From positions 73,718,001 through 73,782,000 of the forward strand of contig OZ260663.1 of the NCBI GenBank assembly GCA_965285935.1: a stretch of DNA of 64,000 nt. Direction: 5' to 3'. Origin of the DNA: Ophelia neglecta. Its lineage: Eukaryota. The translations under genes were made by a program, and so were the position numbers. Positions within the stretch are counted from its first letter, which is position 1. Every line of letters starts with the position of its first letter. Positions 39,216 to 52,500 of the stretch are shown here, piece after piece. The notes beneath the pieces were generated by a model. It worked only from the letters and a program-made list of their open reading frames with translations, was not told where the DNA came from and did no database searches.

Positions 39216-42200
39216 TATATACAGTGCGTGGTAACGGTACTGACACAACATCCCAAGATGTACCAACTACCGAGATACGTACAGTACGTAGTAACCCCGG
39301 TGGGTACTCACTACTTGTATCTCAGCAGATAATCGGCATAGAGCTAATGCACCGACCGTCCGCGCAGTTTTGTCAAAGTTTGTCATACAACGGCTTTTGG
39401 GAATAAAAAAAGACCATGTAATATCGGCTGCGCCTCGGTCCCTACCTCTTCAGATTGCACAAAAACCGCGCAATGAAATACAGGTTACTTTTTTTGCTGT
39501 CAGCCTGGACGCAACAGCGGCACAATTGCACATGGGGTGTCTACATCATTCGAGCAAGACACTTCTGTTCTTTATGAAATATATTTTACTATTCAAATTC
39601 ATTATATACGTTGCTTCTGATTTGAGGGTTGATTCGTTCGATTCGAATTCGTAAATTGCTATTCAACAAATTTCATGGAAAAGACAATAATTATTACTTC
39701 CTAATCAGTGTTTCAAGCAAAATAATTTACAGATTCTAAAGAAACAATACTTCAAATTATTACCCTGTAAAAATCTAACTGGCTAAAACTACAAGCAAAT
39801 GCACGAGTGAATAGCTGTAAGTCGTAAATAACTTGTTAAAAAAAAGAATAAAAAAAAAGTAAGTGTGAATGTCAACGAGTACAGACCGCGACCCATTAGA
39901 TACAAAAAATGAAACTTGTTCGACAACCTGCAGCGCATGCGTTCTAGTTCTTAATATTAGTAATCTGTCATTATCCAGGCATAGGCAGATAACTTATAAA
40001 CAAATATAAACAAGCTGATATCGATTTAGTGATCTCTGCCTTCGTATAGCAACAGTGTTTGACCATTTATCGCCGTTCAAGGGTGAAATAGGGGCAACAA
40101 TCGGAGCAGTGGATAATTAGTTGGCCTTCTACAGGTAGTCATAAAACATGAGGACTTTGATTAGGAATACTATTTTGAAGCTTTTTTGTGAAATGTGAAA
40201 GAGAAGATGACAAAAAACTGGTAAAAATAGGGTTTCTGCTCATTTACTGCATTATCCACAGCTTGTAAATGCAAATATCAGTCTAGGCCGGAGACATTAA
40301 TCATAGAACCAAAATATTCGCAAAACCAAACTCTATATACAGTAGACGCTTTGATTTTTGTATATAAACCTTGACCACCTGTGCTAAGGTGTATAGAGTT
40401 ACCAGGCATAATGTGCCCACAAAAATATCAAAAAATATACTTTATAGGCTAATGTTAGCCATAAGCATCTGAGTTTGCTTGGCGGCACTTTGTTGAATCC
40501 GTTGACTTTTATTATTTGTAAACGATTTCAATATGCTGACATCCTAGCCTCGATCGTGTTTAGTGGCTAAATAGGTGAAAAAGCATGAAAGGAATGGTAT
40601 AAGAAGTCCATTTAAATACCATTTATACATGATACGTGCATACACGTTCCTCGTGTAAGCGGTTAATAGAAAATCGCCAGCCTTTTTCGTTCATCTTAAC
40701 ATAACGACAAGAAATCAGTAAATCCACGTGGAGCTCTGTTTGTGTGAGGTCATCTTATTGCAGGAACTACAAGGTGAAGCACTGTGATATTTATTCTGGA
40801 ATCTAAAACCTTATTTTTATATGTTTAATAATGACATAATATAGATATACTAGATATATATATCATCTTAAATGACTAATCACTTTATCTTGTTACACAA
40901 GTACACTTGTCTCGTACATTTGGTTGTAAAATTGTCTGGGTAATGTATCATCGGAGATGTTTTATGGTATTCGTTTGACGTTCTTTGGTTTACGGCTGTT
41001 CCCTAACCACTTATTATATAAAAAAAACCACCGGAATTTAACACACTGCATTTAATATAATTTAAATAATTACTTGTTATCATTTCCATTGATGTCGGCC
41101 TATATGAGTATTTTACCTAGTTAGTAGTAAAATACTTTAAATACTTTTTTTATCATTGATTTCTGGAGAGAATTGAAGTCTTGAAAATACCTCCCCATCA
41201 ACTTATTCTATACCAGTAACTTATAAGGCGAGTTACCGAGAGTATTTTGTGGCTTATATTTAAAGCTTTAACACTCGTTTGACTCGTAGTTTACCTTAAA
41301 TCAAGTAAATGCCTGACCGACCCTCTAGTATTCCCGTGTGTTATTAAGCCATAAAGGGTTCAATGCGAATACATTATAAACTATTTTCCTTTGAATATCG
41401 ATCAAAAACCAATTTCTTGAAGGTTCAGAAAACATCGAGTTTATTAACAGGACCACAAAAGAGCCTTGCAATCGCAAACTGTTTGATGTTCAGCATATAG
41501 ACAGTGCTTGCTCATGTGTGACCAGGGTTGAACTGTGTTATGCTGGGTAATCAATTGGTTTAGCAGATCGCGACCTATAAGCCCAGACTCTGTGGAATCT
41601 ATCGGGGCAGTTTTATTTTATTGATAATATAGTGTGTGTAGCGAGTGTTTCGAGTCTGGCCACACTAAAATGAACACATCTGATTTCCAACTGTTCCGCT
41701 ACTAGGAAGAGGTTTGCAGCTGAAACCGTCAGTTATGTTCTCAATTTCCTGTTCAGTGGGCGCTCAAATTAACTTTAAAAGACTCGTATTGAATTGGTTT
41801 GGTAATATGGTAAAACTAAGCCCGTTGGCCTTGCTTATAAAGGAACGACTGAGCAATCAGGTGATTGTCTGGGTCCGTTTGTCTGGCTTAGCACCGTACT
41901 AAATCCATCTTGACTGATTATGTTCAAATGTGATTTTGGCAATCATTTTGCAAATAATTATCATTCAACTTTAAGTTGCTCGCCCTTAATGCGAAAAGCA
42001 CAAATAAGACGCGGATATAAAAACTTTGTAATAATAATATATAACAGGGCTATATATTGTCGTTATATTAATATATAGTATGGCCACTTTTTGTCCAAGT
42101 ACGTAATTCAACAAGGCTGTATTTCATAAAAATAGGCAAAAATACAGAAATGAATTACAGAAAAAAGAGGCTCCCGTGTATCGTTCTAAACAACGAATCC

Positions 42201-44569
42201 TTTCATTTGTTAGAATATCAATTTTAATTCATCAACAGCGATATTGTCCAATAAATTATCCTTAATGAAAGTTAAAAAAGAGACGAGTGTTATTAGTGCC
42301 TTGCTTGCCACGGGAGCTAAAATGCAATTGCTCAATTCACGCATGCTAATTAATGAAGTTGAAAAAAGCTTTTTTGTATCAAGCCCAAAAGAGGGAAAAA
42401 TAGTATAGGAACAATTGACCGAGTCCTTTGATTATACTCATCCCTTCGGGTTCGAATTCACATTATTAAATGAAACATTCCACAACGCACTAATTTGACA
42501 ATTTACCTTTTGTGGACAAGACAGCAATGTTATACTTAGTTTCAGTGCATGCCTGCGTCGAACCTAATTCCTTGGAGGAAAGCGATGAAAACATTAGTAA
42601 ATGTAAGTAAACACTTACAGTTTTCGAAACATTGGTAAGTCCAGTGCAGTGTCAATTGAAATGATCTACGAGAAAATGAAGGCATTCGGGGACACATCTT
42701 GAATAGGACTCATGTACCAACATGTCAACGTAAGTATCATCATGCAGAGTACAGCATCTGACTCTAGTGGTAACAACGACAGCCGAGAGGTTGTCTGCTA
42801 CCATCATAACAACTCCCGGGAGTTTATTGCTTTCTTTGGTTTATTAGTAACGTAATTGTGGTTTACAAGTTCCAATTTGCCTATTAAATGTAGGCTAAAT
42901 GAGCGGGCAAGTTTTACTCATTGTTATTAGTCAAGCAAACCGCGTGCCTTATCACGCGATCGACGCTATTAGAAATCCGGAGTGCCCTTGTGTATTGGAA
43001 ATCATTAGCAACTGAAACGCCAGTATAATCAAAGCAGAGTTTTTATTGAGTTTGAAAATGCCGATAGAAAGTTGTGGAATACGGAGGCTGGGACTTACCA
43101 AGTCAAAACGTTGACGACAGCTAGCGAGAATCGATGAAGTAAGCGCCGAGAATCAATATGTCTCTTCCTTAGTAACGACACCCAACTTATGACTGACTGG
43201 CTGTGCACATTATGTATACGACTGTCAAGCTAGACTAACGCAATTCATATGTAAATAAAACCTCTAGCACAGTATTTGACTCGGCTAGAGTGATTGTAAA
43301 AAGCCACTTGCCGGGGAGCATTGGACTGTAATATGGGCGCTTAAGCCTTAAGCTTACGTGTCAATGGAGATTAGGACACACACATGTGGCTATAGTTGAT
43401 ATAGGATAGCATCGGCTACTTTCATAATACCAAATCCAAGTTACCTGTATGCTACCGTTCAACTGGCTAGTCTAAATAGCTGATAGAGATTTTCTTTAGC
43501 GAATTTAATGGAATTCGATATCAGAGATACTGAGGCATGGCGAGCCGGGGTTAGTTGAGATTATAATTTGTATTACAGGATCTTCTATTCAATACCCTTT
43601 CATAGAAGTAGAAATATGTTATAAGATAGACTTATTATGTCGGCTTGCACAATTTACTGGAGTTGGGATTTGTAATCAATGTCTGAGTAGAAACGTATAT
43701 GGTAGTCAATTCTGGATTAATTTTATTTGTATTGAAAGAGTACTTGCAAGTATATATATACATAAATTGAAGAGTTCAACCGGGGTCAAACCGGTAACGT
43801 TCTGTGTATAACATATTGGCTATCCAGTTACTGTCTGTGTAAATCATATTGGTTGGCTAGTAGACCTTTCTGCAGTGATTGGGCGGATCATATTGCCCCC
43901 AATTTTAACGCGCGGCAAAGGGACAAACGACAGAGTCAAAGGTAAACATATGCTGGACTAATATACATGTTCCCAAGACTTATGACCCACATACTGAAAT
44001 CGTGTCCGTCCCAAGGATGTCCGTAAGCATTTTTTACAATATAAACACATTAAAGTTGTATGCTTGTACACGGGTCCCTTACAAAACACATAAAATCATC
44101 CTTTCCACCTTTCACTTTTAACATGTTTCCAACATCTGGCTGTGACTTTGACAATTTTAATTTAGCATATCACTGAACCTGACATTAAATTTAACTGTCA
44201 CCCGGGTTTAATCCCATCTTCCTGTCAGCTATCGGCCACTTGTTTAGGCTTTTAACAGGTCCTTTGTCAGACTGAACCTTAATTTCACAATAGCCACCCA
44301 TACATATGTTGGGATCAATGTTAATCAGTGTAAAATGATCAGTCTTATTTTTCAAAAGTTCGATCCGTAGCTCTTCATCTTTATGCAACTACATGTACCA
44401 GCAGAAGTGTATGTGCTTTCTTCACAGAACGAAGTTGCTACTAACTCTTGGAAGTATTGGTGAGTTTTTAGACTCGATGCACCGATCGTCTGAACCAAAT
44501 AACGAAGAGTATTTTTGAATAAATCTGTATTTTCTTATCTTCTTATCTGAGCATTTGAGATTCAAATTG

Positions 44570-44690
44570 TGCGGTGGCGTGGGTAGTTACCAGAGTTAGC
44601 TGAACTTCGGTACCGCTGTAGTTTCGCATGTAGTCGTTTCGCCGTTCAAAAAATGCCCAATGCGTCGTTAAGCCCCAAAAATCCAAATCC
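44570..44690 (+). mobile_element. Candidate SINE or very short LINE fragment ending in an I-group LINE tail
   Basis: 44661-44690 matches the reverse complement of 2641-2670 at 28/30; the upstream sequence is unrelated to that LINE UTR; 5' boundary uncertain. Confidence 0.45.
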
Positions 44691-45021
44691 CACTGCAGAT
44701 CTAGGTCTAAGTTTTACCAACTATTTCTTCTTTATTTTCTTTAGCTAGTTAATTTCTAAAATATGTAATTAAGTACTTCCCTACCTACTCTTGCCCTTTG
44801 CACAATATACATAGAAAAAACTGAAAGATTTAGGGGAGATGTAGGTAAGCTGTTAAATGTAAAATAGCAGTAACACAATAGATGCAGTAAATTTAACTTT
44901 GTATCATTACATTAAGGGTTTATTTAGCGATTCTTATCATTCACTATAGAAGGAAAACAAAATATACGCTATATATTTTGTACAATACCCTCGACCAACA
45001 GTCTTGACATTAATTGTGCGT

Positions 45022-48000
45022 TTATTTTCCAGTTTCGTCTGCTGCAATGGCGTTCACCTTGATTTTAGCAATGTCAACGAAATCTGCGTCTTTCTGGCCA
45101 GGGCTCACCCAGAAAAACAATTGCAAATATGCCGTTATATATTCTGGAAAGAAAGGGTTAGAAGTTATTCATTTGGGGTGCGATAGGGGCGGGGGGGGGG
45201 GAGGTGTTTGTGTGTAGTGTACGTATCTTCCTGAGGATTTTAGATCGATTAAATGTTATATTATTATTAAATGATTTGGCTTTTTCTGCCGGAAATTATT
45301 TTCAGAATAAATTAATTCAAATGTTATTATTTTCTGGCTAATTAAACGGACTATTGGTGTATGTATAATATGTACCCAAAAGCTGTGTTCAGTGCATTTG
45401 AAGACTTTGGGAACTGACTTAAATTGCTTCTTAGGAACAGAAATATATAACTCGTGGATGTGGGATCGAATAAGCATCCAGTCCATAAGACGCAGATGTA
45501 TGAATCTTACAACCGATCACCGCCTTATGATCTGCTCGTTTTTTAATCTGCATTTTGAGCGGTGATTAATTCCGTTCCTTCTAAGGCTTCGGGGTTTGTG
45601 AACTTGCTTCATATTAATACATCCGCTGCAGATCCCCGATGTGTGTCCTTATCAAGTGTGATTTGTTCTCTTTACAAACTTAATTTGATTTATTTTTCAC
45701 TTCCACGCTGTTGAGGAGAGATTAGATTTCGTTCCCGCGTTTATGTTCTGTGGTTTTATATATGATCATATGTTGTCAGTACCTCCCTAAATTGTTGTCA
45801 GGATTATAATATACCGTTGGGCCTATCTGTCCGAGCAGTCTCCTTCTCACCAGACAATCAGTGCTTGTAACTTAAAGCTAAAGCATACTTACTCATGAAT
45901 GGTGGTTGGACTTTGAAATGTACAAATGGTATGTAGAAAATGAACCCGCCGACGATGAAGAGAGCTGCGTAAAGGTATTGCATCCTCGGGTTTCCGATTA
46001 AAGGAGCAAGCACCATGAAGCAGGAGATAATTAGCATCAGAAAAGGTAACACTATGGGGAGCTAGATGTAAAGGAAAAAGAACATCATAATTACGTAAAT
46101 GTCGTGTTGTGATGTCCTTATTTGAATAATCATTATAATCATTTATTCTCTATTCATACGGGTCATTTCATATGCATGTACATCATGATTCAATTTACCT
46201 TAATCGGTCTTTTTATGTTCGGTTTGGTAAACCTCATAACAATGATAGAGACAAAGACTAATCCCTTAAATATCCATCCGGAAAAACTAAGAAAGCGTAT
46301 AAGGCCCAATACGTCGCCAGCTAGTACAAAAATGGAACTTAGGAGTGCCTGAAACACTGTCACAACTGAATATATATCATAAAGCATCGACGTTATAAAA
46401 TAAACTTTTGTCAACATTCTTGCACCCCATTGTGAAATATTGATATTGAAATGGTTATAATGTTTTTATTGCATTTTGTCATTTAAATCTAACCATCTTG
46501 TATAACATTTTCATAAAGTTGAAAACTTGGAAATTGACACCTTAGTTTCAATCAGCTTAACGTATAATTTTATATGGATATGTTAATTGGCATATGTATT
46601 TTCTTTTTTTTTGTTTATGTTAACTAATAAAGGTAAAAGTTTACGTTGATAACTATCGGTGGAACCGGAGTATAAAGCTTGATGTGTATCATGGAGAGTA
46701 TACTAATGGTATGACCATGCACACCGGCAGCCTGAGTCGACCTGCAATACAAAACAGCTCGAGTTGTACGATTGTTACCATAACACGTAGTAATGGGAAC
46801 TCGGACCGTATCTCTCAACTCGTTAACGTTGATATTTTATATATTATGGTGTATCAGTCAGTATTTCCTCGATCTTTAAGAACCAATATAATTCTGCTCA
46901 ATGATCGTATGATCGCCTTAAATAATACATACTGTATCGTACCTGCCAATTGTAAACATGGAACCATTTAAAGTTCCAAATGTTGAAAGAGCTACTGAGA
47001 GTGGTATTAACCATGCCGCTGGTTTAATAACAGTTTCAGCCCATGTCTGCAATGGAAGTATAAGCCTCGCTGGTCTTTTTGGAAGCATTAGTTTGTTTGA
47101 AGTAAGTTTACCGAAGGTATATTCCCATTGGAGAACCTTTTACGAACTTACCACGGCAACGGCGGGCGAGGCTAGTAGTTGACTTACATTCATCACCGTG
47201 AAGTAAGAAACATTAGCCAGTATGTAAAGAAATATGACCAATGGCAAGCCTAACACAATCGAAAGCGGTAGATTTCTGCATAAGAGAAAGAAAAAAGTAA
47301 ATTTATCTGCTTACAATTAGCTGTTTTTAATTATCACACTGAAAGCCCAACATATTTGCTGGGTAAACATGTCGATTATCCATATTAAATACCGAAGAAG
47401 AACAAAAAGAAGATTGCAAGTACCTCTCAACATTGATGACTTCTTCTGTCATAGAGTTTAGGGCATTCCTATAAAGGTGAAAACAGAACATACTACCGGA
47501 GTGCATTTCCGACGAACAAACCAACAATTTGGAATATCGTGAAATGCCGAATAAAACGGCTTAAATCCACCAGGATGCCTCAACCGAAGGCCAACATGAC
47601 ATTTATTACAAGCACAAAACTACAGTTATGTTTGAATATATAACCCTTAAGGATTTTATAACTTGGATGAAAAATCTGAGCTTAAACTATAGGCGAATGA
47701 CACAAATCCTTTTGTGGAAACTCCTTGCTCACATGTAAGATGTCGAAGGATTTTCTTTATAATTTCGTTACATAGTCGGTTTTAATCCGTTCAGTGCATT
47801 GTTGTAACATGTATCACTCTACGCGATTTGGTCATAAAACTAAATTCTGGGACAAATGTTTTGCCGAGAACTTAAAGCGATTCCTTAAACTTGGCTTTGC
47901 AGTAATTTCTTATGTTTGTAAAATGCTAAGAAAATTAACTTGTTTCCAATTTAAACAATGAGTAAAAAAAAACAATCTGACGTACGCGAATACTGATATA

Positions 48001-49560
48001 TTTCCTCTTAACTCTTTTCTAGCTATAAACAAATTTTAGTTTAATGAAAGATATGTAGCCTTTAGGTTTTTTTAAGCCCATATAGTAGTATCGGTTGCCA
48101 GTATCTTAAAACCGTCGAAGCATTTAAGACTGCAATAATTTTGATTATCGCCAATCATTCTAGGGCTAGGGAGATGTCCGCATGCTTCATACGTTTTATC
48201 ATCCTATACTATAAATGGACGCTTTTCTAGGGAAAATTAAAATGTGTCTAATTGTTATTCCGAGGGTTCTGTTACAAGAGCCATCAGTTGAATGTCTAAA
48301 ATTGCGTAGATTTAATGGAAGAGTCTTTACATTCGTTACAAACTCATCCGATCGATTTTGCTCCAAGTCTTCGATCTCAAGCATTTTACATAACACCTTT
48401 ATGTAGATAATACGGAAAACCTACCAGGGAGTATACGACCACAAGCAATTATATAAAGCGACTCCTATTTTCCCAGGATTAGTTGTGGTACCAGCAAATG
48501 AGTCTCGGAAATTTTCTGTGTGTCCTGTAATCAATATTGACACATCTCGTGTTCATATTTTCGATTTGACAATGACAAGCATCAACAACATTTTTTAAAC
48601 GAAAATGACAAGACTAGTTGATAATAATAGAAAAACAATCATTGCATCCGATGTGTATGTTTAAAAGTAAAATGGCGATAATTTACCTTGTGAAATCCGA
48701 ACTATCCCGCCAATAATTATGATCACGAGTGCTATTACTTTGGCCACTGTGAATATGATTTGGATCCGTGTAGCAGCTAAAGAACTGATGCAATTTATAA
48801 ATGCTACTAAACCTTAAAAGAACAAGAAATGGCTTTTATTTATCTACATTTATCGTTCATATAACGTTCAAATAAAATTGATGTCAAATGCTAAGAGAAC
48901 TATGCAACAGTTTTCTATGATGCGTGACCAAGCAAAACCACCATTTTTCCACGTAGGACAGAGATTAAATGTTGCCCTAAAAGAGTTTATTGTGGTCCAA
49001 AAGTTTAGAATAAATGTAGACCAAAGAGGACGCAAAGGATCCTGCACGAGGAAAAGGGCATTATATAACTTGAATACTAATACTTAACATGATCATTTCA
49101 TTTGTTTAAAATCAATCAAACTTTCTATATGATACCACGCACAGTGAAAGATGAATAGACATCAAAAGATGAATAGACATCTTCGTTCAAAGTTTTAAAT
49201 CTGCTATTATGAAGCCTAGTTAAAATGAGTGAGTGTGATCATGTGCTAAGGGCGCGCTAGGTATTAACGCTCAATATAAAATATAATTTGTCAAACACAA
49301 CATATACTAACATATGACCAAAATTGCCAAACACTTTAGATAAGCATCCGGTACGCTGCCACAACCATCCTCGAAGAAAGGAGATAGAATATACTGCACA
49401 CATGTCAGTGAGACGACTGCTGCTGCGGCTGGTCTGGAGGCAATAATCATCTGCCATGACAAGATATAAGCTACAGGGCCTCCCAAACCGACACGTAGGT
49501 AGGTATAATCCCCACCCGACTCACGTATCATGGTACCTAACTCAGTATAACATACACCAG
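45022..49560 (-). CDS. SLC7 light-chain (LAT / b(0,+)AT-like) amino acid transporter, 3' ten exons; N-terminal exons not found in window
   Basis: Phase-consistent exons 49312-49560 ([19 protein letters not shown]), 48687-48812 ([16 protein letters not shown]), 48425-48524, 47424-47468 (45 nt, [14 protein letters not shown]), 47152-47275 ([12 protein letters not shown]), 46943-47046 ([11 protein letters not shown]), 46645-46741 ([11 protein letters not shown]), 46199-46348 (RPIK), 45893-46061, 45022-45143 ([10 protein letters not shown]...ETGK*). These are typical LAT-family motifs. Confidence 0.92.
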
Positions 49561-49599
49561 CTGTAAAAAAGAGGACATTTTTCCATATATTAATATTTA

Positions 49600-52500
49600 A
49601 TAATCAAGTTGTTACAGTTATTTACATATGATACCATTGTTCGTGCTACGGAGGTGCACCTCTCCAAGTCCTTTACGGTCACGAGGAAAGGCCAATAACA
49701 TTAGAACCATAAACCCCCTCACCTAGCATGGCGACGACGCCTCCTGCTAGCCACACGACTAGACTACCCCCAACAGTCCCCATCTCCAAGGCAACGCCTT
49801 TCGGTGAAATAAAAATACCGGATCCTTAGACAAAGAGAAAATGAAAAAAATTATAGTAAATATGTCTCCGATGTTATGTCTCCTGGTTTTTGGCCCAAGG
49901 GAGTCCGTTGTCGTGAGTGGACGTTCCGATCATAATCCGATTGCATTAAAAAAGAATAAAATGGAAGTATCATTACGGTTGTCATCCTATAACTGCCGGG
50001 GGGCGATGGCCTCCGCTGCTTATCTATTTCAACTCCTCGACACCTGCGACATACTTTGTCTGCAGGAGCATCACCTCAGTGTCAGTAACGCTCACTTTTT
50101 GAGTTCTCTTCATAGCGACTACAAGTCATACGTCCAGGTTGATTCAAGAATGATGACATTGAAACATGGCAGAGCAGGAGGTCTTGCAATACTTTGGCGC
50201 CGATCTCTGAACTATGCAGTATCTAAAATTGAAGGATTGTGCGACGATAGGATCATCGGTATTAGAATTCATCAACCGGAATCTGAGAGACAATTGTACA
50301 TTATTAACGCTTATCTGCCCAGTAGCAATCACGAAGAGAGCGAGTATAAAGAATACCTGTGTAAATTACAGAGTATAAATAGTTACTTTACGCAGGATGG
50401 AATCGTTGTCATAGCAGGGGATCTTAATGCCCAAATGGGCGAAGGAGCCGGACCTAGGGGTCAAGAGCCCACCACCAAAAGGGGGCAGTTATTACTTGAG
50501 TGTCTTCTTGATATGCAAATGACATCACTCGTTTGCCAGTCGCAATGTAGTGGCCCTTTACATACTTTCGTGCTGCACGGAGACAGCGGTGGGACTCAAA
50601 TAGACCATATCTGCGTCCCCACGGAACTGATAAATTGTACAACGGATTGCTCTGTGTCACAGCCCGTGGCAATCAACACTTCAGATCACCTCTCAGTATC
50701 CTGTCAGTTGGACTTAAATATACCGAGACATGACATCTTATCCAGAAATGTTTTAAACTGGAAAAAATGTGACAAAAGGCGATACTCTGATTTGCTCGCC
50801 GTGGAGTTGGCATCCTTTCCTATATCCGACACCAATACCGGTAACAAACAGTACATAGACTCCCTTGTGAGTTGGCTCACTAACTCTCTCACTAGGGCGG
50901 CAGACATGTCGGTTCCATCATCGAGTAAAACTCATTTCCAGAAACCATACTGGGACGACGAACTTGATCGGCTGCATAAAGATCAAGTATATAAGCGAGT
51001 TGTTTGGATTGCCCAAGACAAACCGAGGAGCAAGGAACACCTGTCGTACGCACAATATAAAAAGGCAAAAACAAAATTTCGTATTGCCCAGTATATGAAA
51101 GTCAAACAACGCTTGGAAAAAAGAACAGACAAATTTGCTATTGAAAACAATTTGGATGCTTTTTGGAGATACGTACGCAGTAAGAGGATAACTCAAGAGA
51201 GCTTTCACTTAATCAAGACTGACGATCAAACGTATGCTACTCCAGATGAGCTTAGAAACATGTGGGCCTCACACTTCAAAACTCTCTTGAATGAAGATCC
51301 TGCAGAAAGTGTGTTCTATGACAACGCTTTTGCGAAATCTGTCTATGACGAAGTGGATACCATAGCCGAAAATGACGCCGCATTATTCGACTCGGGAATA
51401 TTGGATTCGCCCATTACATGTCTTGAGGTGGATGAGGTGACAAGAAAACTGCCAAACGGAAAAACCGGTGGTTGGGATGGGATAACTTATGAACATTTAA
51501 AATACGGTGGTTCGCCCCTAAACAACTTTTTATCTCATTTGTATAATGAGCTCATAGCGAAAATATACATCCCGCGTTCTCTCAAACGGGGAGTGATAAT
51601 CCCCTTGTATAAAGGGAAGAAAAAGAGCAAATCTGACAGGGATTCCTATCGAGGTGTCACTTTGATGCCAGTAGTAAATAAAGTGTTTGAGAAGATAGTA
51701 GCTCGGCGCTTGGATCCTTGGCTGGAGGAGCACTGCTTCCCAGGTATACTCCAGCATTGCAAAAAACAGTCGAACAATGTCCTTCTGTCGTTTAGTGTAC
51801 AGGAGTGTATTAGACACTTCGTAGAAAGGTAAAGTAAAGTGTTCTCTGCTTTCCTGGATATAGAAAAAGCGTTCGACCGTGTATGGTGGGGCGCTCTTCT
51901 CCTTAAGCTACACAGGATGGGAATCCAGGGGCGTCTCTGGCACCTAATTCGGGAGTGGCTCAACGACTCATTTATGTGTGTTTTGATTAATGGATCATCA
52001 TCTGACAATTTTCAAATAAGTCGCAGCATTAAGCAGGGTGGCGTTCTGTCGACCCTGTACATGGCAATTGCATACCACGATTTCCATGAGTGTATGTCTG
52101 AGACAGGGGATGGGTTGCGTGTTAGGGGCGTCGACCTCAGCAGCCCCACTCTGGCAGACGACAGCGTGCTTCTCTCTCCGACCCAGTCCGGCCTACAAAG
52201 AATGCTGTCAGCTGCCGCAGATTATGCTCGGCGATGGAGGTTTAAGTTCTCAACTTCGAAAAGTAAGGTCGTTGTCTTCGGGGAATCGGGACGACAACAC
52301 ACGCAAAATTCGACTCGGAGAAAATGGTGCTTAAATAACTCACCTTTAGAAGAAGTTCCACGTATTACGCACGTTGGTGTTGAACTTGCGGCGGACCTAT
52401 CTTCTTCTCACAGGACGGGCAACATGTGTTCTAAAGGGCGACAACTCTTCGCTGGTCTCTCTGGTGTCGGAGTTATCGACTGCAGTCTAAACCCCATCAC

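Noticed and set aside
37600-44500. Coding gene or RNA gene in the intergenic stretch
   Set aside because: Only short ORFs without motifs; no tRNA or rRNA-like sequence recognised.
51830-51832. Programmed stop-codon readthrough in LINE ORF2
   Set aside because: A TAA in the middle of the RT domain without a readthrough context is more simply a nonsense mutation.
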